The notes under the pieces: model-generated
The model's input: only the letters and a program-made list of their open reading frames with translations
What the model was told of the DNA's origin: nothing
Database searches by the model: none
IMG/VR virus record: IMGVR_UViG_3300048924_000191
Location: 179,379 to 243,378 of that record
Reading direction: 5' to 3' (one strand)
Length of the DNA: 64,000 nucleotides
Position numbers and translations under genes: made by a program
Shown here: positions 36,453 to 44,682 of the stretch, piece by piece
Layout of the letters: every line of letters begins with the position of its first letter
How positions within the stretch are numbered: the first letter of the stretch is position 1

Positions 36453-36653
36453 TCACTCTTTCGGAGTGAACGCTTTCTTCATCAGCTTGTAGCCGCCGAA
36501 GACGGCCAGGCCCGCGACAGCAGCGCCGACGACGACAGCGCCGACTGGGTGAGCGGAGGCGAGGTCTTTGGCACGGGTAACCAGAGTGGCGCCGCGGATA
36601 GCTTCAGCAGTAACAGCAACAACAGCAGCAGCGCCTTGGATTTCAGCAGCCAT
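36453..36653 (-). CDS. 66-aa Ala/Val-rich membrane microprotein
   Basis: C-terminal helix VGAVVVGAAVAGLAVFGGYKLMKK; AAGGAG; flanked by a promoter motif and a U-tract terminator. Confidence 0.75.
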   Translation of the reverse strand: MAAEIQGAAAVVAVTAEAIRGATLVTRAKDLASAHPVGAVVVGAAVAGLAVFGGYKLMKKAFTPKE

Positions 36654-36704
36654 GGTAAATCTCCTTGTGTCTTAAATAGGTAGGGTATTGCTAAGAGGTT
36701 GGTA

Positions 36705-36745
36705 TTGATTCGGAACAGCTATGTATTACTGAAAATCTTTTAACT
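36705..36745 (-). promoter_or_regulatory. Early-type promoter motif
   Basis: AGTTAA-N13-ATACATAG-N7-GAATCAA. Confidence 0.75.
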
Positions 36746-36749
36746 GCGA

Positions 36750-37742
36750 TTACTTCATGAGGCGTGCGTTTGCGATCGTGTTGTTTACCAGATCGTTGAC
36801 GTACGCAGGATCAGCTGTGCGCAGTTGGACCATCAGATTGGTGATCTGAACTGGTGTCATGTGTACAGCTGTGATGCGCAGCGCCAGACGTGCACGACGG
36901 TAGCGATCGCCAGTTTCCGGAAGCATGCCGGCCAGTTCTTCCACTCGTTCTTGCAGAGTGTTGTCAGGCGTACCGGTCAGATAGGCTTCGACCCGCGCCA
37001 TGATAGCGGTGAGATCTACCTTGTCCGGATCTTCGATCTTGGCCCTTGCATGGACTTGGGTCATCTCCATGCGTGCACGCGCCTCTACTGGGAGTTCGGT
37101 AGAGAACGGAAGCCGTGCTGGACCACCATGATCCAGGTTAGGGAAGCTCCCGTAGTTCAGCAACGTGAACGACTCGTCGAACCCTTCGCCACGAGGCTCG
37201 TCTTCTATCGTTCCCGGCGCTGGCGCAAGGATGTCCTTGACCCCGTTAAGGTGATCACCCTCGAAGTCTTCCGGAACACTGTCGCCGATGACGATTTCGC
37301 GATTCACCAACCAACCCACTTTGGCGTGGATGGGGAGCATGTTGGCGATATTGCAAATGCGCGAGACAACCTCGGAGATACCCACGCCGTAACCGTCTTT
37401 ACCGCCCATCGCTTGATGGATGGATTCGAAGGTCACCGCACCCGTGGGGTACAGACCCGACAGTGGAGCCGGTACGTTTTGAACAACCACCTCGTTCTCG
37501 CCGCCGGTGAAGCGGTCGAAGAAGATCACGTTACCGACAGGGGTAACGATCCCCACGACACGACGGTTGTTCTCAGGGCCGGTGTTGAAGCGGAAGCGAG
37601 TGCCCATAGGCAGACCCAGAGCCATCGACATCATGGGTTCGAAGTAACCGGTGCTACCACGAAACTCTTCCTTGTATTCGATGTCCACGATCTTGCGAGT
37701 GTTTTCTTCGAACAGGGAGGTGAGGAATTCTGCTGCGTTCAT
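36750..37742 (-). CDS. Hypothetical protein
   Basis: 330 aa, AGGAG upstream. Confidence 0.75.
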   Translation of the reverse strand: MNAAEFLTSLFEENTRKIVDIEYKEEFRGSTGYFEPMMSMALGLPMGTRFRFNTGPENNRRVVGIVTPVGNVIFFDRFTGGENEVVVQNVPAPLSGLYPTGAVTFESIHQAMGGKDGYGVGISEVVSRICNIANMLPIHAKVGWLVNREIVIGDSVPEDFEGDHLNGVKDILAPAPGTIEDEPRGEGFDESFTLLNYGSFPNLDHGGPARLPFSTELPVEARARMEMTQVHARAKIEDPDKVDLTAIMARVEAYLTGTPDNTLQERVEELAGMLPETGDRYRRARLALRITAVHMTPVQITNLMVQLRTADPAYVNDLVNNTIANARLMK

Positions 37743-37805
37743 TGTGTTGTCTCCTAAGACGGTGTAAGGACCCTACACCCGTAAGGTCCCGTTGATTGAA
37801 TGAAA

Positions 37806-38210
37806 TTAAACGGCAGGGCTCAGGCTGAGCTTGAAGTTGGTGTTTGTGTTCACCACTTTCGCGATCAGACTGGTAGAGAACGCGATACCAGCGGCGTGTT
37901 GCTCAACGCCGTTGTTCAGGCCGGCCATGACTTCCTGGAAGAAGTCGTCAGCGATCGGCTCGATCACGCCATCGACTTGCAGGCCGGTGATCGACCATGG
38001 ATCGACGTTGGCTACCGAGTTCTCGATGATGTCGATTTCCTCGGCGGTGAGTTCTTCAACGGGACGAGCGTGCAGTTCTTGCAGCTTGTCGTTGATGGCG
38101 TTGAACTGCACCAGCGCTTCAGGAGAGAAGCGGGCAGAGGGTTCGCCTTCGGTAGCCACGATGCGAGCAATGATGGTGGCTTCCAGAGTTTGTGTGTTCA
38201 GTGCTTTCAT
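37806..38210 (-). CDS. Hypothetical acidic protein
   Basis: 134 aa, AGGAGG upstream. Confidence 0.75.
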   Translation of the reverse strand: MKALNTQTLEATIIARIVATEGEPSARFSPEALVQFNAINDKLQELHARPVEELTAEEIDIIENSVANVDPWSITGLQVDGVIEPIADDFFQEVMAGLNNGVEQHAAGIAFSTSLIAKVVNTNTNFKLSLSPAV

Positions 38211-38261
38211 TTCAGTGTCCTCCTAGGACGGTGTATGACTCATTAGTGAGTCAGCATTGGT

Positions 38262-38302
38262 TTGATTCATGACAACTATGTATCATTGAAACTATTTTAA
38301 CT
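38262..38302 (-). promoter_or_regulatory. Early-type promoter motif
   Basis: AGTTAA-N13-ATACATAG-N7-GAATCAA. Confidence 0.75.
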
Positions 38303-38447
38303 TCGATATTTCTTCCTTCAATTGGACCTTCATCTTCTGGCCCAATTCGCTCTTATCTGTCCAGACTTTGACAGTAAGATACGCGCTCCCAAGAAGGCTG
38401 GTAATACCAACCACGTTGACAACTACCTTAAAGACTGAGAGGTTCAT
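38292..38447 (-). CDS. 51-aa single-pass membrane microprotein
   Basis: MNLSVFKVVVNVVGITSLLGSAYLTVKVWTDKSELGQKMKVQLKEEISKLK; ATGA-coupled; not in the ORF track. Confidence 0.65.
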   Translation of the reverse strand: MNLSVFKVVVNVVGITSLLGSAYLTVKVWTDKSELGQKMKVQLKEEISKLK

Positions 38448-38587
38448 TCTCCACGTTCCTTCTTGCCGTCGGCACGACCCTTATACGCCATTGCGATAAT
38501 GACACCGCCAGCGGCAGCGCCGATGATAGCGGACTGCACAGCCACGCGTGCGATCAGAAAGAGAGCATAACCGTTCGGTATATTCAT
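38444..38587 (-). CDS. 47-aa single-pass membrane microprotein
   Basis: MNIPNGYALFLIARVAVQSAIIGAAAGGVIIAMAYKGRADGKKERGE; AGGAG; not in the ORF track. Confidence 0.7.
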   Translation of the reverse strand: MNIPNGYALFLIARVAVQSAIIGAAAGGVIIAMAYKGRADGKKERGE

Positions 38588-38611
38588 GATGTTTCTCCTG
38601 ACAGGGTTGTA

Positions 38612-38652
38612 TTGATTCACGTTGGCTATGTGTCAGTGTAAAATCTTTAACT
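38612..38652 (-). promoter_or_regulatory. Early-type promoter motif
   Basis: AGTTAA-N13-ACACATAG-N7-GAATCAA. Confidence 0.75.
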
Positions 38653-38708
38653 TTAATTCAACGGCATAAAGACCACCTACGGCCGCAAAGCCGTAGGTGG
38701 TCAGGCCA

Positions 38709-40106
38709 TCACTCGATCTTGTCGACGACGTTCTTGATGAGGGACGCCATGAGGGTGGTGGTGTACACCGCCTGCTCATAGACAACACTCTCCAGACCGG
38801 CGATACGACCAGCTGCATCTTCCAGCGCCGAGCACACACCCTTCAGATCGGACTTCTCTTCCGAGGTCAGCGTTGCGGTATTGCCGCGAGCAGACTTCAG
38901 AGCCGATTCGAAGTCGTCCAGGTTCAGACGATCGGTGGTGAACTTCACGTAACCACGAACCATTTCAGCCGCTTTCACCAACTCTTCGTAGGTGGCAGCA
39001 GACTTCATCTTCGAGGCATTGACGTGCTGGTGATACTTGTCGACGCCTTTCTTGATCGCATCGACATCACTTGCCGTATGCAGGGCGTCGTTAACGCCAT
39101 GAGCGAACCGGTTACCGTTCTGCCCGATGGCGCCTTGGATGGCGGCATGACGTACGGAACCGACAAACAGCTTCCAGGTAGCGGTACCCACACCCTTGGC
39201 CAGACCCATCTTCGAGAAGCTGTGTTCGTTGGAGCGCGAGAAGACAGGAACTGCCAGGTGAGCCATCTTGCCAGGCTTGTCTTTGGCGTTGATGGTGAAG
39301 TTACCCAGCAGACCGCCCTTAGCAGTCGCAACGTTCGACAGTTCACCGAAGTGACGGCCATTCATTGCGTTAGCCACACCAGCCTTGACATTGGTACCCA
39401 GCAGGGACTTGGCCATCGATACGACTTCGGACAGACCCTTAAGCGCAGCGTCGTGAGCGTGAGTCAGAAGTTCGGTCTGGCGATGCAGAGCAGCGTCCAG
39501 GTCGTTGACTTCTTTACCTTCCACAGTCAGGAACCGACGGAAGCCGTCGTGCTTGAGGATCACACCGCCTTCACGTAGTTTGGCTGCGATCGGAGTCAGC
39601 ATGTGCATGGCTTCTTCGAGGGCCTTGTTAGCGCTCTCGAGTTTGGCCTTGTCACGACGCAGGAACTCCATGATGCGACCTTCCGCACTGAAGTCCAGAG
39701 TGAGCGCACGGCACTCACGAGCGATCTCAGCCGAACGACGCGCATCACGCGCCAGACCACGCATCCGACCTTCATCACTGCCTGCCGATTCGAACGACTC
39801 AGCAGTCGCCGGCAGCTTCCAGGCGCGTACCACGGTGTTGAACTCGCGGTGCAGGCTTTCGATCGCCACTTCAGCAGTCAGGGTGTCGTTGGCTTCGGCC
39901 AGTACTTCAGCACGATCGCCAATCTCATCCAGGTGGTCAGCCACTTCACCAGCGTCAGCCGCAGAAGAGATCTCAGCCGCCAGACTGTTTTCGGTCACGT
40001 CGTCCAGGCGATGAACGACGGCGTCGTCGACCGCACCGGTGTCCTCAGGCGTGATAGCGCCCGATTCGGCGGTGTAGCCTTTCAACAGCTCTTCGATGTC
40101 ATTCAT
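38709..40106 (-). CDS. Internal head (ejection) protein, paralog 2
   Basis: 465 aa with an acidic propeptide and repeated A/S-x-E sites (AIE, SFE, SAE) typical of prohead-protease substrates; in the protease operon. Confidence 0.7.
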   Translation of the reverse strand: MNDIEELLKGYTAESGAITPEDTGAVDDAVVHRLDDVTENSLAAEISSAADAGEVADHLDEIGDRAEVLAEANDTLTAEVAIESLHREFNTVVRAWKLPATAESFESAGSDEGRMRGLARDARRSAEIARECRALTLDFSAEGRIMEFLRRDKAKLESANKALEEAMHMLTPIAAKLREGGVILKHDGFRRFLTVEGKEVNDLDAALHRQTELLTHAHDAALKGLSEVVSMAKSLLGTNVKAGVANAMNGRHFGELSNVATAKGGLLGNFTINAKDKPGKMAHLAVPVFSRSNEHSFSKMGLAKGVGTATWKLFVGSVRHAAIQGAIGQNGNRFAHGVNDALHTASDVDAIKKGVDKYHQHVNASKMKSAATYEELVKAAEMVRGYVKFTTDRLNLDDFESALKSARGNTATLTSEEKSDLKGVCSALEDAAGRIAGLESVVYEQAVYTTTLMASLIKNVVDKIE

Positions 40107-40118
40107 GTTGGGAAACCC

Positions 40119-41486
40119 TTACGAAATGTCGCGAGCCAGGATGGCCAGGCGAGTGGTGGTGTAGAGCGCCTGATCGTACAGGATCTCGCTGACGACGTAG
40201 ACGTTCCACGCAGCGTGACTCAGAGCGCCGATCGCCTTGCTCTTGGTAGCGCTGTGGGCGTCGTCCAGTTCGTTGAAGACGTTCCAGTCCATGGTCGCGT
40301 CGGTGTACTTGTTGTACGCCAGCACGAGATCGAAGACCTGCTTCATGTCCTGAGCAGATGCCGCGCTGGTAACGCTGGACCGGTCCTTAACGTACCGGGA
40401 CATGGTTTTACCCATAGCCACACCACCAGCTGCTGCGGCGACAATTGGACCGATTGCCGGACCACCAATTGCGAGGGTGAGCAGAGTAGCAGCGTTACCA
40501 GAAGCCACACCACCAGCCACGGCAAAGATACCGCCGGCAACACGAGAACCTACCGTGCTGTGGATGTCCTTGGTGTGGCGGTAGTAGTAAGGAACCGGCA
40601 CTTCGGACTTCTTGATCTCGACAGTGTGGTTACCCATCAGGAAACCGACGCTGGTCGACAGTTCGTTGATGGCCTTGAACTCACCGGACGACAAGATCTG
40701 CTCGATGGTCAGCTCAGGGTTGGCCTTGACCTTGGCAACGGCGGTATGGATCGCAGCCATCGCGCTGTGGATAGCGCTGTGAGCTTTGGCCATCCACGCG
40801 GCTTCTTCTTTGATCGCCGCCGGCAGGTTGGTCACCGCACCGTTGTGGCGAGTCATGAAGCGAGCAACGCCGTTGTTGTGGACGATCTTCGGCTGATCTT
40901 TCAGTTCGGCGATGTTCGCCTCGACACGGCGGGAAGCGTTCTGCAATGCAGCGCGTGCGGTTTCCAGGCGCGCCTTGTGACGACCCAACACCTTGACGAT
41001 ACCGGACGATTCGGTCGAAACATCAGCCAGGTTGAGAGCGGCTTGATTGGCGATACCGCCGAACTTACGGCTGTCGTTCTTGATCGCAGTCGCGCGCTCG
41101 ATTGGCGTTTGGGCAGCTTCGGTGGAATAGGACTGCCACGAAGCTTGCATGCCGAAAGCACGCACGGTGGTGCCGTATTCACGAACCAGACCTTCGACGG
41201 TGATTTCAGCCACCTTCAGTTCGGTTTCGCTTGGCGCATCTTCGCCGGTCTTGGCGAGTTGGGTCTCGACGACTTCGGCGCGATCGGCGATGTCGTTCAG
41301 AGTACCGCCCAGATCTTCGGAGCGCTTCAGGTCTTCGACGATCGAGGCAACGGTAGGTTCACCAGCGCCGTCGGCTTGATCCATCAGGGAGCTGTCGAGT
41401 TCTTCGATCGGACCTTCGGTCGGCATGTCAACGACAGCCGCTTCGGTGGTCAGCTGCGACAGCATATCGGCAATATTGTGGCTCAT
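40119..41486 (-). CDS. Internal head (ejection) protein, paralog 1
   Basis: Start MSHNIAD; acidic N-region with STE sites. Aligns with paralog 2 (VEGLVREYGTTVRAF vs IESLHREFNTVVRAW). Confidence 0.7.
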   Translation of the reverse strand: MSHNIADMLSQLTTEAAVVDMPTEGPIEELDSSLMDQADGAGEPTVASIVEDLKRSEDLGGTLNDIADRAEVVETQLAKTGEDAPSETELKVAEITVEGLVREYGTTVRAFGMQASWQSYSTEAAQTPIERATAIKNDSRKFGGIANQAALNLADVSTESSGIVKVLGRHKARLETARAALQNASRRVEANIAELKDQPKIVHNNGVARFMTRHNGAVTNLPAAIKEEAAWMAKAHSAIHSAMAAIHTAVAKVKANPELTIEQILSSGEFKAINELSTSVGFLMGNHTVEIKKSEVPVPYYYRHTKDIHSTVGSRVAGGIFAVAGGVASGNAATLLTLAIGGPAIGPIVAAAAGGVAMGKTMSRYVKDRSSVTSAASAQDMKQVFDLVLAYNKYTDATMDWNVFNELDDAHSATKSKAIGALSHAAWNVYVVSEILYDQALYTTTRLAILARDIS

Positions 41487-41496
41487 GGGGAGGTTC

Positions 41497-42294
41497 TCAC
41501 CATCTGAAGGTTGCGGGAACTTGAATGGAGCGCTTGTGCTCTTCATACAAGGAATTGAGGATCTTGACGTGCGGCATGCTTTCGAAGCTCTCGGCGTTCA
41601 TGGCTTCAGGAACGCTGTTACGCAACCGCTGCAAGTTGAACTCCACTTCGACCTTGTCCAGGATGAGCGTAACGTCCTTGGATTCCAGCGAAGGAGTGTT
41701 GTACTTCGACGCCACCGCAATCCCCGGAGTGGTGACACTGTCCCAGGTGATGATCTTGGTGATGTGTTTGCGACTGGTAGCGAAGTCACGACGCGCAAAG
41801 CTGCGAATCGAATACGCCACATCCGCATGCGGGTTTTCCAACAGCAGACGGAATTCGTCAGCCTTGTACCCAGCAGGTTTGACTTCGCCAATGACGGCGA
41901 CAACCTTGCGGCCTTTCTCGTCAGTCACAGTGTTGAACGACAACTTGATAGCACGGATGTGCGACGAGGTGTTGGTCTCCAGGATCGAGCAGATACGAGC
42001 AAACCAATCCGCATCGCTTTGACCTGGTTGACGAACTGGGTGACCCCACTCGCTGTACATCCGACCGCCCTTCAGTTCAGCCAGGAAATCACGATCGTTC
42101 TCGATGTAGCGCATTGCTGTCGCTTCATCGTAGATCCAACCGCCATTACCAAACGCTGCGAAGGCGCCGAGGATGATCTCGTAGTAACCGTTGTCGAGTT
42201 GTTTGAGGATGCCTTTCTTGAGCGTCCCTTGCAGCGCGACGTTACTGTACGTCGCAAAATACTGCTGGTCGCTTCTAGCCGCTGCTGCGCCCAT
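41497..42294 (-). CDS. Prohead protease (phiKZ gp175 / SPN3US gp245-like)
   Basis: 265 aa with GYYEIILG, SEWGHP, YSIRS and ITWD, plus a C-terminal AESFES candidate autocleavage site. Confidence 0.9.
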   Translation of the reverse strand: MGAAAARSDQQYFATYSNVALQGTLKKGILKQLDNGYYEIILGAFAAFGNGGWIYDEATAMRYIENDRDFLAELKGGRMYSEWGHPVRQPGQSDADWFARICSILETNTSSHIRAIKLSFNTVTDEKGRKVVAVIGEVKPAGYKADEFRLLLENPHADVAYSIRSFARRDFATSRKHITKIITWDSVTTPGIAVASKYNTPSLESKDVTLILDKVEVEFNLQRLRNSVPEAMNAESFESMPHVKILNSLYEEHKRSIQVPATFRW

Positions 42295-42306
42295 GTTGGT
42301 TTTCCT

Positions 42307-43029
42307 TTATTGGCGCAAGAACCATTCCACTCGTTCGTTACGCTCCGCAGGGTGGGCCAGTGCAGAAGTCTGGCCGGGGCTGTAGAACGAACCGCCGGTT
42401 TTGGTACTGAAGTTGTTTGCGCCGTAGCTGACGTTCTTGAACCCGACGATGACCGGCGGCTTGGTTTTGAAGAGTTCCTTGGAACCCAACTGTTCGCGGT
42501 AGAACTTTGTCGGGTCATCGGGATTGCGACAGAGTCGCCCAGCACCAAACTCCAAAATGGCAGGATCTGCGCCGATCGTCACACCATTGTCGCGCCCAGT
42601 GTTCATGAACATCCAGGCAAGGTCCTCTTGATCGTAGTACCACGGGATCTTGGCCTTACCCCAATGTTCAGTGAAGATCGGGTGCGGGAGGTTGTCGTTC
42701 ATCACCAGATTGACGTTGGCAATGACCTTGGAACCCTTGTCGTAATGCAGCTCGATGTAACGGACGTTGTCGACCACCACCTTACCGATACGGTCCGGTT
42801 CTGTCCGGACCATGTTGGTTTGAGTGCAAGACGCGTAGAAGTTGTCCTCGGTAATGATAGCCATGAAACCGAGAATGTTCGTAACGTCTTCAATCAAAGC
42901 CAGTCCCCGTTCGGCGAACCGTTCGGGGATCTGGACTCTGAGGGGTTCTAACGCAACCAGTGCCTCACCAACCAACTTGAGGCAACTGTCTACCCGTTCC
43001 TTCGAGCGAATGTAGTCACTTTTTCTCAT
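42307..43029 (-). CDS. Small virion RNAP subunit (phiKZ gp176-like)
   Basis: 240 aa at the gp176 position between the protease and the gp177 homolog. Confidence 0.7.
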   Translation of the reverse strand: MRKSDYIRSKERVDSCLKLVGEALVALEPLRVQIPERFAERGLALIEDVTNILGFMAIITEDNFYASCTQTNMVRTEPDRIGKVVVDNVRYIELHYDKGSKVIANVNLVMNDNLPHPIFTEHWGKAKIPWYYDQEDLAWMFMNTGRDNGVTIGADPAILEFGAGRLCRNPDDPTKFYREQLGSKELFKTKPPVIVGFKNVSYGANNFSTKTGGSFYSPGQTSALAHPAERNERVEWFLRQ

Positions 43030-43048
43030 GACGATTCGCCTTTACGGA

Positions 43049-44434
43049 TTAGGCTGCACGTTCAGCCGAGATCTGCGATGCCACCCACAGCGAGATGTAA
43101 CGCAGGGTCGCCAGGAAGTCGAACTGAGTTTCAGCCATGCCTGGGTTCTGCTTCTCGATATCGAGCATGATGTCGATGAACCGAGCAGCGTCGGTGTGGG
43201 CGTACCAGGTCACGCAGATGCAGGTGGCGATCAGGTAGATCGGCTCAGCATCACGCCACTCGGAACTCAACACCTGATCGACCACAGTACGCAGACGGCT
43301 CCAGGCGCGCTCTTTGTCGTCACCCTCGATAACCATCTTGCCTTGTTCAACCACAGCGTCCAAGTCAGCCCGCAGCGAGTTCATGATGGCTTTGCGGGAG
43401 TTCGCTTTGCGATCCTGCGCAGCCGCCTGCTGACGAACCAGACGGTCCTTCTCGTAAGCGGCCATCATGCGCTCGATGTTTTCAGGTACCAGCAGCGCTT
43501 GACCACGATGAGGACGACCCAGAATCTCGTTACCCATCAGGGCTTCGACGGTCAGACCTTTCTCCAGCAGATCGCGGTACACTTCACCACACAACACAAC
43601 CTTCTCGCCCGGACGGATGATCAGGGAGCTGTAGATGTTGGTATCACGAATCGAAGTACCCAGACGAGCCAGCACTGCCATCGCTGCCTTACCAGCCACG
43701 TTGGACATGACGGCACGGTTGGCGTTGTAGTTGCTCAGCGTACCAGGCACGCCTTCTTTCGGCTGGCTGATCGCTTGCAGGACGATGCTGGCAGGCAGCG
43801 AGTAGACGTCGTCCAGCTGAGTAACGTTACGCACACCACCAACTACTTCGATGATTTGCTTCAGGCCTTCACCGCCGTTGGCAGACAACAGCTCAGCCAT
43901 GTCGGTGTTGAAGTCCTGGTCGTTGGTGACCTGCACCAACTGGAGGATTTCGTCAGGCTCGTACGAACCGAGGTTGATCGCGCCCGGGCTGTTGGCAGTC
44001 GGGACATCGTTCCAGCGGTCGATCAGATCACGGCCGATGTGGCTGGTGTAGATTTCCGGCACGTACTTGATATCGAACTCGATCGGCGGACGGCCAGACT
44101 GGTAGCTGTCCATCATGTCGGAATACGACTGGAGCACACGGCGGATGTGAGGCATGACCTCGGTGCGGGTGAACGACAATGTGCTGCGTACTGCCGAAAC
44201 GGCGCCGTTCAGGTAGGTCTTGCGAACTTCGTTGTGACGCTCGTCACGAGAGCAGTCCACGATTGCGCTGATGGCGCCGTCGTAGGTAGCCTTCTCCGGA
44301 TCGATACCGGCGATGGACAGCTCATGGACCAGCAGGGCCAGAGGGGTGTTGGCGACAGGAGTCAGGATCAGACCGTCGCTGCTGAGTTTCTGCGTCAGAG
44401 CTACTACGCTCTTCAGTGCATTTGGATCAAGCAT
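43049..44434 (-). CDS. Virion head protein (phiKZ gp177-like)
   Basis: 461 aa; synteny. Confidence 0.7.
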   Translation of the reverse strand: MLDPNALKSVVALTQKLSSDGLILTPVANTPLALLVHELSIAGIDPEKATYDGAISAIVDCSRDERHNEVRKTYLNGAVSAVRSTLSFTRTEVMPHIRRVLQSYSDMMDSYQSGRPPIEFDIKYVPEIYTSHIGRDLIDRWNDVPTANSPGAINLGSYEPDEILQLVQVTNDQDFNTDMAELLSANGGEGLKQIIEVVGGVRNVTQLDDVYSLPASIVLQAISQPKEGVPGTLSNYNANRAVMSNVAGKAAMAVLARLGTSIRDTNIYSSLIIRPGEKVVLCGEVYRDLLEKGLTVEALMGNEILGRPHRGQALLVPENIERMMAAYEKDRLVRQQAAAQDRKANSRKAIMNSLRADLDAVVEQGKMVIEGDDKERAWSRLRTVVDQVLSSEWRDAEPIYLIATCICVTWYAHTDAARFIDIMLDIEKQNPGMAETQFDFLATLRYISLWVASQISAERAA

Positions 44435-44621
44435 AGCGGGTCTTCTCGGTCAGGACGTTGTTGAGGGTCGAAGACGCCAGAACGCGAATGGCGTTTTGGG
44501 TGAGTTTCTCGCCTTCGAGTTCACCGGCAACCTCGTTGCCAACGATCTCACAGGCGATAGCCGTGACGAGATCGACTGCCGAGCCAAGCACTGGCAGGTT
44601 GTTCAATTCATTAGGGGTCAT
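44427..44621 (-). CDS. Small hypothetical protein
   Basis: 64 aa; overlaps the next start by 8 nt and fills the gap after the terminator. Confidence 0.55.
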   Translation of the reverse strand: MTPNELNNLPVLGSAVDLVTAIACEIVGNEVAGELEGEKLTQNAIRVLASSTLNNVLTEKTRYA

Positions 44622-44682
44622 CTATCCCACCTCTTAAAGTGCATACGTCCGCCCAAGAGGGCGGACGTACTGTTTGTCGACC

